Shown: piece after piece, positions 36,939 to 46,313 of the stretch
Position numbering within the stretch: the first letter of the stretch is position 1
Layout of the letters: the number at the start of each line of letters is the position of its first letter
Assembly (NCBI GenBank): GCA_016930035.1
Contig: JAFGHQ010000044.1
Span: 1 to 56,516 of the forward strand
DNA from: Gammaproteobacteria bacterium
GTDB lineage: Bacteria > Pseudomonadota > Gammaproteobacteria > UBA12402
DNA: 56,516 bases
Direction of reading: 5' to 3'
The notes under the pieces: model-generated
What the model saw: the letters and a program-made list of their open reading frames with translations, nothing else
Databases searched by the model: none
Told to the model about the DNA's origin: nothing
Program-made: the position numbers and the translations under genes

Positions 36939-37168
36939 AGTGGTGTCGTTTCATAAATCGTGATTAAGGTCATCCTGGAGATTCGGTCTTTGTCATTCTG
37001 GAAATCCAGACCTCGTCATCCTGAACTTGATTCAGGATCCAGGGATATTTAACTTAACATCCCTGTCAACTGGATCCTGGCATCCCAGCCAGGATGACGG
37101 GGAAAATGTGTGGATCCTGGCTTCCCAGCCAGGATGACGGATGGGGTTATTTATGCAACAATGCCATT
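36939..37168. repeat. MITE-like element, family A, copy 3 (expanded, ~230 bp) in the gpmI-envC spacer
   Basis: Same termini as copies 1 and 2, plus an extra 5' GGTCATCCTGGAGATTCGGTC module. The TGGATCCTGGC(A/T)TCCCAGCCAGGATGAC module is tandemly duplicated at 37071-37098 and 37111-37138. Confidence 0.9.
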
Positions 37169-37188
37169 TTTAATTAAAATACCGTTTT

Positions 37189-38325
37189 ATGAAACTGAAA
37201 TATCTATTAACCATCATTTTTTGTGGAAGCGTCTTATGCTTTCCCCTATACGCTACTCCTAACGAAATTCAAACGGCGGGTTTATTGGATCGTATTATTC
37301 AAAAAATAGCCCTATTAAAAAAGAAACTGTTTGCCGAAACACAGAAAAAAGAAGGTTTGACCGCGGATTTGAAAGGCTATGAAGCCGATATCGGGAGCCT
37401 GTCCAAAAAAATTCTCTTAACGAAACAACAACTAAATGAGAAAACCAAAACGTTACAAAAAATAGAACGCGAACAAAAAGAAAATGAGGAAAAATTAAAT
37501 CAACAAATCCAAACATTAAAAAAACAAATTTATTCGGCCTATATGCTGGGAAGGCAACCTTTTTTGAAGATTTTACTCAATCAAGAGCATCCTGAAAAAA
37601 TAAACCGGTATCTTCGTTATTATCAATATCTCAATAATGCGCGTGAAAAAAATATTCAAAACATAAAAATATTAGTCAGTAAAATTAAAGCTTCCGAAAT
37701 CTACATTAAAAAACAAACCGAGATTTTGCAATCAATCGAAAACAAACAAACACAACAACATAAAACGTTAAAACAAAAACGAGCACAAAAACAGTATTTG
37801 TTGAGCATTGTAAGCAAAAACATTAAGGGGAAACAAACTCAACTTAAAAAATTATATGATGATAAAAAACGCCTTCAGGCAGTTATTGAACGTTTAAAAC
37901 AAGAAAAAATCTATGAGCGCTCTGGTATAAACTTTGCCAAATGGAAGAAAAAATTAATTTGGCCTGTAAGCGGCCAGATTATTCAACATTTTGGCCAGCC
38001 CCTTGTGGGGGATCGGCTGCCCGCAACCGGGATTCTCATCCGAACTAAACCCGACTCAAAAGTTCGGGCTGTTTTTGCGGGAAAAGTTGTGTATGCGCAA
38101 TGGTTAAACGGTTTCGGGTTGCTCATTATTGTTCAACATGGCAAAAATTACTTAACCTTATATGGACATAATAAAAATATTTATGTAAAAGTAGGGGAAC
38201 TAGTGCAGGCGGACCAAATCATTGCCTCCACAAAAAACGTTGCGGATACCCCCCAAGATGAAGCACTATATTTTGAAATTCGATATAATGGGAAACCTGA
38301 AAACCCTCTATTGTGGCTAAAGTAA
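37189..38325 (+). CDS. envC: Murein hydrolase activator EnvC (coiled coil plus degenerate LytM/M23 domain)
   Basis: Signal peptide, a long K/Q-rich coiled coil, and a C-terminal LytM fold lacking the HxxxD/HxH metal ligands. The gpmI-envC linkage matches E. coli. Confidence 0.85.
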   Translation: MKLKYLLTIIFCGSVLCFPLYATPNEIQTAGLLDRIIQKIALLKKKLFAETQKKEGLTADLKGYEADIGSLSKKILLTKQQLNEKTKTLQKIEREQKENEEKLNQQIQTLKKQIYSAYMLGRQPFLKILLNQEHPEKINRYLRYYQYLNNAREKNIQNIKILVSKIKASEIYIKKQTEILQSIENKQTQQHKTLKQKRAQKQYLLSIVSKNIKGKQTQLKKLYDDKKRLQAVIERLKQEKIYERSGINFAKWKKKLIWPVSGQIIQHFGQPLVGDRLPATGILIRTKPDSKVRAVFAGKVVYAQWLNGFGLLIIVQHGKNYLTLYGHNKNIYVKVGELVQADQIIASTKNVADTPQDEALYFEIRYNGKPENPLLWLK

Positions 38326-38344
38326 TGTCAAAAAACATAGGAAT

Positions 38345-40651
38345 ATGAAAATGAACATCAAAAAATGGACGCTCTGGATCTATTTCATTCTCACACTATT
38401 ATTTACCACTACCGCTTTTGCGATATCCAATATTGAGAACGCTTTCGACACAGTACAAGCAAATAGGACTTTAGATAAATTAAGTATTGATCTCTCTATC
38501 TCAGAGCTTGAAGTTAAAAACTTGGAAAATGCTATTGATGTGCTCTCCAAGCTTCAAGATCAAGCAAAATTATGTGTTAAAACTACGCAAAGCGAAATCG
38601 ATAAAATTAATCAGCAAGTAGAAGAAACAAAAGCTACTGTTACAGAAGGGGAAAAACTTACCGAAGCAGAACAATATTTGAGCACTAAAAAAGAAGAGCT
38701 CACCAAGCAGCAATCGGCTTGCCAATTATTTGTACTGAGATCTGAGGAAATTATTAATTCTTTTAGTAGTAAAGTGAAAGAACTATCAGCGCAAAAATTA
38801 TTGAAAACGACCCCAACATTTTTAACGAAAATAGCAACCAGTAAAACATTACTCGAAAGTCTCCACAAAAATTTTAACACCTCCCTGTTTCTGAAGAAAA
38901 GTGGGCTACAAATTTTACCCGCCCCTTTCATGCTGGGCATTTTTTTGTTGTTATTGGCACTAAGCTTTGGGGTCGGGTTTCTTATTAAGAAAAAATCACG
39001 ATTCCCCAAAATAAAAGGGGAAGAACTTATTGCAATTTTTAGAGATAAATTAAAATGGGTTTTAATTTATACAACCAAAAAACATATCATTCCCTTTCTC
39101 TTTATCTTATTGGCTTTCACGGCCATATCTATTCCTAGTTTTATCAACAATCAAATATATTCATTGACATTGGTTATATTCGGACTATTCATTTTAGAAA
39201 CAATTTTTATTGTCATCGAAATCTTTTTTCGACCCATTGCTCACGAGAAATCCCTAACAGATTTTGATAAAACAATTTCTTTGCCACTATTACGCCGCCT
39301 CAATATTTTAGCAACACTCTGCTTTCTCGGATTTTTTGTTTATGTACTATTACTCGGGCAATCTATTCCGGCGGCTGTGATGGATTTTTTGCGAACATTA
39401 TTTATTACTTTATTTTCTATTAGCCTGATTACTGTACTTTGGCTAGTCAATCGTCTGCCCAATATATTAAAACAACATAAAATCCTGAGAATCAGCATCA
39501 GCTTAGTTTTAACCATTCTTTTATTAACCTTGCTAACTACCGAATGGCTGGGCTATCAATATCTGGTCAACTACATTTTGAAGGGCATCACATTAACAGT
39601 CCTATCTACTTTTTTGGCCTGGATCTTTTACAAAATGATCAGCGGTATTTTAAAAATAATCGACGCCCCCGAATCTCGAATCCGTCAATATCTACACCTT
39701 AAAAAAACACAAAGCATCCCGGAAATCATGTGGTTCGGATTGATCTTTTTTGTGCTCATCTGGGGTGGGTATGTACTGAGTTTGTTAAAAATTTGGGGCT
39801 TATCTGATACTGAATTTAGAAAAATTATTACAATATTATCTGAAGGATTTAAAGCGGCTAACTTAAAATTTATTCCTGCTCGTATTTTTTATGGGTTCGT
39901 TTTATTTACTGTTTTATTTACCTTGGTTCGAGGGCTTCGAATCTTAATTGAAAAAAAATGGCGCATTGACAAAACCATTGACACGATCATCGCCTACATC
40001 ACTACTTTTATCTTTCTGATTATTTCACTTTTAGTGGCTGGTGTGAATTTCGAAGGTCTCGCAATTATTGCCGGAGCGCTTTCCGTGGGTATTGGTTTTG
40101 GGTTGCAAAATATTGTGAATAATTTTGTGTCAGGCATTATTCTGCTCTTAGAAAAACCCATCAAACCCGGTGACCGAATTGCTATTGAAGGAACCGAGGG
40201 TTTTGTGAAAAAAATCAGCATTCGTTCAACGCAAATCCAAGCTTTAAATTTATCTAATATTATTGTACCCAATGCTGAATTAATTTCTAAAAACGTGATT
40301 AATTTAAGTCTTCGTGATGATAACTCCCGGATCAATATTATTGTCGGCGTAGCTTATGATAGCAATATCGAGCTCGTCAAAAAAGTTCTGATGGAAGTCG
40401 CTAATGCGCATCCAGATGTGGTCACAGAAGATCTATCTAAGCAACCCTCCATTTATTTTACGGCATTTGAAGCGAGCAGTTTACGATTTGAACTTTATTG
40501 TACTATCCGTGATGTGAATGCAAAATATCGTATTATCAGTGAACTCAATACCGCAATTAATAAAGCCTTCAAAGAAAATAATATTGAAATACCTTGCCCA
40601 CAAATGGAAGTGAAATTGAAAAATAAAAATGTACATCCTCAATCTTTCTAA
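38345..40651 (+). CDS. Large MscS-family mechanosensitive channel (MscK/MscM-like)
   Basis: Signal peptide, a periplasmic coiled coil, about 10 TM helices and the MscS core (GALSVGIGFGLQNIVNNFVSGIILLLEKPIKPGDRI). Confidence 0.85.
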   Translation: MKMNIKKWTLWIYFILTLLFTTTAFAISNIENAFDTVQANRTLDKLSIDLSISELEVKNLENAIDVLSKLQDQAKLCVKTTQSEIDKINQQVEETKATVTEGEKLTEAEQYLSTKKEELTKQQSACQLFVLRSEEIINSFSSKVKELSAQKLLKTTPTFLTKIATSKTLLESLHKNFNTSLFLKKSGLQILPAPFMLGIFLLLLALSFGVGFLIKKKSRFPKIKGEELIAIFRDKLKWVLIYTTKKHIIPFLFILLAFTAISIPSFINNQIYSLTLVIFGLFILETIFIVIEIFFRPIAHEKSLTDFDKTISLPLLRRLNILATLCFLGFFVYVLLLGQSIPAAVMDFLRTLFITLFSISLITVLWLVNRLPNILKQHKILRISISLVLTILLLTLLTTEWLGYQYLVNYILKGITLTVLSTFLAWIFYKMISGILKIIDAPESRIRQYLHLKKTQSIPEIMWFGLIFFVLIWGGYVLSLLKIWGLSDTEFRKIITILSEGFKAANLKFIPARIFYGFVLFTVLFTLVRGLRILIEKKWRIDKTIDTIIAYITTFIFLIISLLVAGVNFEGLAIIAGALSVGIGFGLQNIVNNFVSGIILLLEKPIKPGDRIAIEGTEGFVKKISIRSTQIQALNLSNIIVPNAELISKNVINLSLRDDNSRINIIVGVAYDSNIELVKKVLMEVANAHPDVVTEDLSKQPSIYFTAFEASSLRFELYCTIRDVNAKYRIISELNTAINKAFKENNIEIPCPQMEVKLKNKNVHPQSF

Positions 40652-41861
40652 ACAAATTCTTCGTGACATGTGGGCACGTAAACTCCGCTCTATTCTTGCT
40701 CTATTTGGCGTCATGTGGGGCACTCTGACTGTCATTTTGCTACTGTCTATTGGGCAAGGCTTCCAACAAGCGAGCCAAAAAAATATTATGCAACTAGCGG
40801 ATGGCGCTTTCTTTGCGATCCCACGAACAACCAGCAAAAGTTATCGCGGTTTCCCTAAGGGACAATCGATCAAAATCAAAGCTGATACCATTGCCAATCT
40901 GCCAAAAAATGTTCCTTTCATTACCGCGGCAACCCCCATTTTGCAAAACTTTGCTGCTATCAGCTATAACAATGGAAAACAGACCGAGAAAGTTGTTTAT
41001 GGGGTCTCGGAAGATTTGTTAAAACTCAGGAAACTACAATTGGTCGACCGTAGCCGATTTTTTAATCCTCTCGATATCAAAAATTCAAACCGTGTCGTCA
41101 TTTTGGGAAATAAAGTAAAAACCCAATTATTTAAAGATGAAAATCCTTTAGGGAAAACGATTTTTATTAATCACGTCCAGTTTTTGGTTGTCGGCGCTAT
41201 TAAAAAAACGCGTCAAACGCGACACGATTGGTATGACGATAATCTTCTCATTCCTTATACCACCTATAAAGCTTTGTGGGGGGACCAAGATGTTGTTTTT
41301 TTTGCTGTGCTTCCTGATCGCGCCATTCCTGAGAAGCAAGCGGAAAATGCACTGAAAACATATCTGGGATTTAAATATCATTTTGACAAAACAGATGAGG
41401 TCGGTTTAAGAATATTTAGTACCACTAAAATTTTTACCTTTTTTAAATGGTTTTTCATCGCTGTTCAATTATTCTTGGGCGCTTGCGGAGCTTTAACATT
41501 GGGCGTGGGCAGTTTGGGTGTTGCAAATATTATGTTTTTAATCGTGACGGAACGAACAAAAGAAATCGGTATTCGAATGGCCGTCGGGGCCAAACAATGG
41601 CACATTTTCTTACAAATATTACTGGAAGCGTTGCTCATTGTAGGATTAGGAGCGTTTTTGGGATTTTTTATTTCATATATAGTTGTTGAAACTTTTTATT
41701 ATATTTCTCTTCCTGATTGGCTTGGTCAGCCTCAGATTTCTTCTTTTGTCGTATTTATCACTATAGCCATTTTGGCTGTCTTGGGATCACTATCGGGCTT
41801 TTTCCCAGCGCGTCGCGCTGCCAGAATGGATCCTATCGATGCATTAGGTTTTGGCGGGTAA
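40629..41861 (+). CDS. MacB/FtsX-type ABC transporter permease (4 TM plus a periplasmic MacB_PCD-like domain)
   Basis: N-terminal LRDMWARKLRSILALFGVMWG helix, a large periplasmic loop, the FtsX motif region (ERTKEIGIRMAVGA) and a C-terminal PARRAARMDPIDAL. It overlaps the channel gene by 23 nt. Confidence 0.85.
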   Translation: MYILNLSKQILRDMWARKLRSILALFGVMWGTLTVILLLSIGQGFQQASQKNIMQLADGAFFAIPRTTSKSYRGFPKGQSIKIKADTIANLPKNVPFITAATPILQNFAAISYNNGKQTEKVVYGVSEDLLKLRKLQLVDRSRFFNPLDIKNSNRVVILGNKVKTQLFKDENPLGKTIFINHVQFLVVGAIKKTRQTRHDWYDDNLLIPYTTYKALWGDQDVVFFAVLPDRAIPEKQAENALKTYLGFKYHFDKTDEVGLRIFSTTKIFTFFKWFFIAVQLFLGACGALTLGVGSLGVANIMFLIVTERTKEIGIRMAVGAKQWHIFLQILLEALLIVGLGAFLGFFISYIVVETFYYISLPDWLGQPQISSFVVFITIAILAVLGSLSGFFPARRAARMDPIDALGFGG

Positions 41862-41877
41862 AAGTCTTTACATATTA

Positions 41878-42049
41878 GCTTCCCAAATCCCGATTTAGAA
41901 CGTCACGAAAGTGTAAAAAAAATCAGGAGGTATCATGCTTCAGAATAAAAATGTTATCACCCAATGGGTGAAATAGGTATCTGACTCAAGCTCAGGTGTA
42001 TCTTACCCTGTCAGCCTTTTAGCTATGTTAAAATCGGGATTTGGGAGCT
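41878..42049. repeat. ~172-bp segment bounded by 20-nt inverted repeats (AGCTTCCCAAATCCCGATTT and AAATCGGGATTTGGGAGCT)
   Basis: Inverted repeats read directly, with one indel. Confidence 0.75.
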
Positions 42050-42083
42050 TATTTTTGCTATTTTTGTAATGATATTTGTGTTT

Positions 42084-42138
42084 TAACTATTCAGATGCTA
42101 CGCGCGAAATGAATTCGCGCGTAGCATCTGAATAGTTA
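42084..42138. repeat. 55-bp near-perfect palindrome, family C (TAACTATTCAGATGCTACGCGCGAAATGAATTCGCGCGTAGCATCTGAATAGTTA)
   Basis: Read directly: 24-nt arms with a 7-nt centre in which only the middle base is unpaired. The left arm recurs at 47031-47065. Confidence 0.9.
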
Positions 42139-42295
42139 CAAAATATCTTAATCATCTTCTAAAAGGCAATTACTCTGATTGTTACGAATGTCATATAGAG
42201 CCAGATTGGCTTCTGATATATCTCATTCAAAAAACAACGATTACTTTTGTGCGAACCGGAACTCATACGGATTTATTTAAGTGATTGTTAAAGTC

Positions 42296-43642
42296 TCATT
42301 TCCCCACACAAAATTCGGAGAAGATTTTGTCTAATAAATCTTGGGGCGTGAATTCACCCGTAATTTCAGATAGAGTATTTTGAGATTGTCTAAGGTCTTC
42401 TGCAAAAAGTTCAAAATGCTTTTCTTCTAATTGTTTTTTGGCGGAATTTAAAAATTTCCTGGCTTTATTTAACGATTCTAAATGTCTTCGCCGTGCGATG
42501 AATAAAGCTTCGCCCTCATTGAAATTAGAAGATTCTTTCAATACTTGCCGCAGTAGATCCATCCCGGCTCCCGTTTTTGCGGATAAATAGATAATTGTTG
42601 CCGGCGGTTGTTCTTTTTTCTCAATCCTGGGTTTATCGCCGGTTAGATCAATTTTGTTTTTAATGATAATAATTTTCTGGGGATCGATTTCTTCCAAAAT
42701 CGTTTTGGATTCTGTTTCGCCAACTTCGGATACGAGTAAAATACGATCAGCTTTTGCGATTTCTTTCCAAGCCCTTTTTACCCCTTCTTTTTCTATTTTA
42801 TCCTCGGTTTTCCGCAATCCTGCCATGTCAATAATATGAAGCGGTAACCCATCAATATGAATATGCTCAGAAATGACGTCCCGGGTGGTTCCTGGAATTT
42901 CTGTAACGATAGCAGTTTCTTGGCCTGTCAATTGGTTTAATAGACTCGATTTCCCCACATTGGGTCTTCCCGCAATAGCAATAGAAATCCCTTCTTTTAA
43001 GATAACGCCTTGCTTTGCGTGCTGGGCCGTTTCAGTTAAGCGATTGAAGATTACATCGAGCCTTTGCCCTATTTCAGTATGATCAAGAAAATCAATTTCT
43101 TCTTCTGGAAAATCAATCGCAGATTCTATGAACATACGAAGTTGAATAACCTCATCAACAAGCGCATGTATTTCATTTGAAAATGCTCCTTGAAGCGATT
43201 TCATTGCGAATCGAGCTGCTTGTGCGGAGGTTGCATTAATTAAATCGGCAATAGCTTCTGCTTGAACAAGATCTATTTTTCCATTTAAAAAAGCACGCTT
43301 TGAAAATTCCCCAGGTTCAGCAAGTCTTACCCCCTTAATCTTTAAAACATTTTGTAAAAGCAAATCCAAAACAGCCATGCCGCCATGTCCTTGCAGTTCC
43401 AAAATATTCTCCCCGGTAAAGGAATATGGTTTTTTAAAGTACAAAGCAATTCCATGGTCAATGATGTCGCCTTTTGGGTCGTAAAAATTGGAGTAAACGG
43501 CAACGCTAGGTTGGGGAATTTTTTTGAGGATTGTTTTAGCGACTAATTGAGCTTTTTCACCAGAAATACGAATAATGCCGATGCCGCCACAGCCAATGGG
43601 TGTTGCTACGGCGGCGATAGTATCTATACTATTTTTTAACAT
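42296..43642 (-). CDS. mnmE: tRNA modification GTPase MnmE (TrmE)
   Basis: DTIAAVATP..GIGIIRISG N-terminus, G-domain motifs (GRPNVGKSSLLN, DMAGLR, NKID) and the C-terminal CVGK. I prefer the ATG at 43642 over the track TTG at 43681. Confidence 0.93.
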   Translation of the reverse strand: MLKNSIDTIAAVATPIGCGGIGIIRISGEKAQLVAKTILKKIPQPSVAVYSNFYDPKGDIIDHGIALYFKKPYSFTGENILELQGHGGMAVLDLLLQNVLKIKGVRLAEPGEFSKRAFLNGKIDLVQAEAIADLINATSAQAARFAMKSLQGAFSNEIHALVDEVIQLRMFIESAIDFPEEEIDFLDHTEIGQRLDVIFNRLTETAQHAKQGVILKEGISIAIAGRPNVGKSSLLNQLTGQETAIVTEIPGTTRDVISEHIHIDGLPLHIIDMAGLRKTEDKIEKEGVKRAWKEIAKADRILLVSEVGETESKTILEEIDPQKIIIIKNKIDLTGDKPRIEKKEQPPATIIYLSAKTGAGMDLLRQVLKESSNFNEGEALFIARRRHLESLNKARKFLNSAKKQLEEKHFELFAEDLRQSQNTLSEITGEFTPQDLLDKIFSEFCVGK

Positions 43643-45287
43643 GCTTTTTCTGAGGTCTATCTGTTTGATAATATTTTCCAATGTACCACTGCTGTAAAAC
43701 AGACAGGATATTATTCACAAGCCAATATAACACTAATCCTGCTGGAAAATTTAAAAATAACACCGTTAAAAAGACAGGTAAGAGCATCATCATTTTGGCT
43801 TGAGTGGGGTCTGGGGGAGCGGGGGTCAATTTTTGCTGCACCCACATTGAAATACCCATCAAAATAGGCAAAATATAATAGGGATCTTTTACCGACAAAT
43901 CATGTATCCAAAGAATAAATGGCGCTTGACGTAACTCAACACTTTGTAACAAAACATAATAAAGTGCGATAAAAACGGGGATTTGGACGAGTATCGGTAA
44001 ACAGCCTCCTAATGGATTGATTTTTTCTTTTTGATAAAGCTCCATCATGGCTTTATTTCGTTCTTGAGGGTTGTCTTTGTAGCGATTCTTAATCATTTCC
44101 ATTTTAGGCTGCAACTTTTTCATTGCTGCCATTGATTTATAACTTTTCGTGGATAAATGATAAAAAACTAGTTTAATTAAAATGGTAATGAGGATAATCG
44201 ACCAGCCCCAATTCCCTACTATTCCATTAATAAATTTGAGAATCTTAAATAACCACGAAGCAAGTAGAGAGAGTAAAGCAAAAGAACTGTAATCAACCGT
44301 TAGATCTAGTTTCGGCGCAACATGCTCAAGATTCTCGGCAATTTTTGGCCCGATATAAACTTTAGACTTTACATCAACACGATTGCCAGCATTCACAAAA
44401 ATTCTCGGGCTAACAAGACCCGCTACATAAAATTTCCCATTTTCTGTTTGACTATAATAACGATAGATTACATTTTGGTTAGGTACCCAAGCTGAAACAA
44501 AGTAGCGTTGACTCATGGCAAGCCACCCATTTTGTGCACTTTCATCAAGTGGCTCTTTTTTTAATTTTTCAAAAGTATAACGTTTATAATCACCTTTACT
44601 GTCGAGAATAGCTATCCCCTCAAAAGGATGAATATTTAAAAACCCTCGTTCAGGTTCTTGAGCTATTTGATTAAACTGGGCGTAATAACGCCCTTTCCAA
44701 TCTTTTCCCGTCTGATTGTTAATTTGGTAATCTACATCAATGAGATATTCGCCCGGTTTAAAGGTATAGGTTTTAGTAATGTCTAAACCATCTTCATTTT
44801 TTGCCTTTAATTTTACTGTTAAGATATTGTCATCTTTATTAAACGTATAACTATTCGCTTCACTTTGATATTGGAGTAAATCTTTTTTTGATCGAAATCC
44901 ATTGGATCTATAAATTCCTGATTGGGAAATATAAAATGATTTAGGATCATAATTTAATAATACAAGTGGTTCCTTGTCTTTTTCTCTCTTTGGATATTCA
45001 AGTAGAGCAACTTTAACTATATCACCGCCTGTTTTATCAATATCAATATCAAAAACATCTGTATGAATGCTGATAAGATTTTCTTGAGGTACCGTTCTTA
45101 AATAAGAAATTTTAATAGGTTTTACATCTTCCGAAGTTTGAGGAATTTGTTGATTTTGAGGTTGAGAAAGTGAGGAATTATTCTTAGCACTATTAAGATG
45201 CTCTTGTTGCCAGACATTCCAAAGTAAAATAGCAATAAAAATTAAAATTCCGTAAAGTAAATAACGTATATATTTTTTCATATTCAT
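43629..45287 (-). CDS. yidC: Membrane protein insertase YidC
   Basis: 552 aa with an N-terminal TM, a large periplasmic domain and the conserved C-terminal core (NWGWSIILITILIKL.., KINPLGGCLPILVQIPVFIALY). Confidence 0.95.
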   Translation of the reverse strand: MNMKKYIRYLLYGILIFIAILLWNVWQQEHLNSAKNNSSLSQPQNQQIPQTSEDVKPIKISYLRTVPQENLISIHTDVFDIDIDKTGGDIVKVALLEYPKREKDKEPLVLLNYDPKSFYISQSGIYRSNGFRSKKDLLQYQSEANSYTFNKDDNILTVKLKAKNEDGLDITKTYTFKPGEYLIDVDYQINNQTGKDWKGRYYAQFNQIAQEPERGFLNIHPFEGIAILDSKGDYKRYTFEKLKKEPLDESAQNGWLAMSQRYFVSAWVPNQNVIYRYYSQTENGKFYVAGLVSPRIFVNAGNRVDVKSKVYIGPKIAENLEHVAPKLDLTVDYSSFALLSLLASWLFKILKFINGIVGNWGWSIILITILIKLVFYHLSTKSYKSMAAMKKLQPKMEMIKNRYKDNPQERNKAMMELYQKEKINPLGGCLPILVQIPVFIALYYVLLQSVELRQAPFILWIHDLSVKDPYYILPILMGISMWVQQKLTPAPPDPTQAKMMMLLPVFLTVLFLNFPAGLVLYWLVNNILSVLQQWYIGKYYQTDRPQKKHVKK

Positions 45288-45296
45288 ATGATATCT

Positions 45297-45527
45297 CTAT
45301 TTCAGTAAATCAATTCCCCCAATACACCAAGGATGACATTTTAGTAAGCGTTTTATAGTAAGATAAGTGCCTTTTAATGAACCATATTTTTTTAAGGCTT
45401 CTTGCGCATATTGTGAACAAGATGGATAGAATCGACAATTTTGACCTAAGATTGGACTAATAAAATAAGAATATCCTTTTATAGTGTAAAGAAGTACTAA
45501 TTGGATAGGTTTGATATTTTTTCCCAT
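45297..45527 (-). CDS. yidD: Membrane protein insertion efficiency factor YidD
   Basis: 76 aa with [16 protein letters not shown], the hallmark of the family. Confidence 0.9.
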   Translation of the reverse strand: MGKNIKPIQLVLLYTIKGYSYFISPILGQNCRFYPSCSQYAQEALKKYGSLKGTYLTIKRLLKCHPWCIGGIDLLK

Positions 45528-45850
45528 AAGATATCTAATTTTTTTCGTAGTAATTTTCTATCGAGCTGGTCCGTTCCTTTCTTAACAAGAACCACAATAT
45601 CGAAGTTGTTAAGAATTGCTTTATAATGTCTAAAACTTTCTCTAATAATGCGCTTTATTCTATTTCTATCTACAGCGTGTTTGGTATTTTTCTTTGATAA
45701 AATTAGGCCCAATCTTGCTAAATTTAAACTCTTCTCATTTTCTCTAAAAAGAATGGTAAAATTATCATCTGATACTTTTTTTGCTTTTTTAAAGACATAA
45801 TCGTATTCATCGGAAGTTAGTAGTCGGTTTTGGCAGCTAAACTTACTCAT
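45497..45850 (-). CDS. rnpA: RNase P protein component RnpA
   Basis: 117 aa, basic, with the RNR motif region ([13 protein letters not shown]). It lies between rpmH and yidD. Confidence 0.9.
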   Translation of the reverse strand: MSKFSCQNRLLTSDEYDYVFKKAKKVSDDNFTILFRENEKSLNLARLGLILSKKNTKHAVDRNRIKRIIRESFRHYKAILNNFDIVVLVKKGTDQLDRKLLRKKLDILWEKISNLSN

Positions 45851-45880
45851 TCTTTTCGTTTGTGTGAAGGTGAGTGATAT

Positions 45881-46015
45881 TTACGCACTTAATCTTTTAC
45901 GGCCTTTTTGGCGGCGACTTTTTATAACTTTTTGTCCGTTACTGGTTTGCATTCTCTCTCTAAAACCGTGTGTTTTGGCACGTTTTAGCTTACTTGGTTG
46001 ATAAGTTCTTTTCAT
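45881..46015 (-). CDS. rpmH: 50S ribosomal protein L34 (absent from the ORF track because it is under 60 aa)
   Basis: My own translation is [44 protein letters not shown], a canonical L34 sequence. Confidence 0.95.
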   Translation of the reverse strand: MKRTYQPSKLKRAKTHGFRERMQTSNGQKVIKSRRQKGRKRLSA

Positions 46016-46236
46016 AGTTCTTTTCTCTTAAAAGTATATTTTAGATAAGTAATATAAGGGGGGAGAGGATTGTATTCAAGTTTTATTGTATTTGTCAAAA
46101 ATAGTTATTAATAATTTATATTTTATATCTTAATATTAATAATAAGCTAAGGTATAAAGATTGAATATCTATTCGATATTATTATATTACAATAACTTAT
46201 CTATTTTATAACAAGATGTATTGATAGTGGAAAAGT

Positions 46237-46245
46237 TGTGGATAA
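46237..46245 (-). promoter_or_regulatory. Perfect DnaA box (TGTGGATAA, which is TTATCCACA on the minus strand)
   Basis: Exact 9-mer match. It forms an 11-nt inverted repeat (GTTGTGGATAA / TTATCCACAAC) with the box at 46282. Confidence 0.7.
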
Positions 46246-46281
46246 TTTGTTAATAAACTAAGTAACGTAATTTTAAACAGG

Positions 46282-46290
46282 TTATCCACA
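46282..46290 (+). promoter_or_regulatory. Perfect DnaA box (TTATCCACA)
   Basis: Exact 9-mer match, 24 nt upstream of the next ATG. Confidence 0.7.
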
Positions 46291-46313
46291 ACTTATTAAA
46301 AGGAAAGTCACTG

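Larger units (their letters stand above)
46016..46313. other. oriC/ARS-like intergenic region: a very AT-rich tract (about 46081-46220) followed by two perfect inverted DnaA boxes
   Basis: Read directly. It sits next to rpmH, where dnaA usually lies, but no dnaA is present in the window. Confidence 0.5.

Noticed and set aside
34398-38325. The yibN-secB / gpmI-envC arrangement as something unusual
   Set aside because: This divergent arrangement matches the E. coli yibN-grxC-secB and gpmM-envC neighbourhood, so it is conserved core synteny. Only the absence of grxC and gpsA and the inserted MITE are notable.
41936-41977. 13-codon ORF (MLQNKNVITQWVK*) with a perfect AGGAGG RBS inside the unit flanked by inverted repeats
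   Set aside because: It is too short to support without conservation or expression data, and the RBS-like sequence may be fortuitous. I note it only as something to re-examine if the element turns out to be transcribed.
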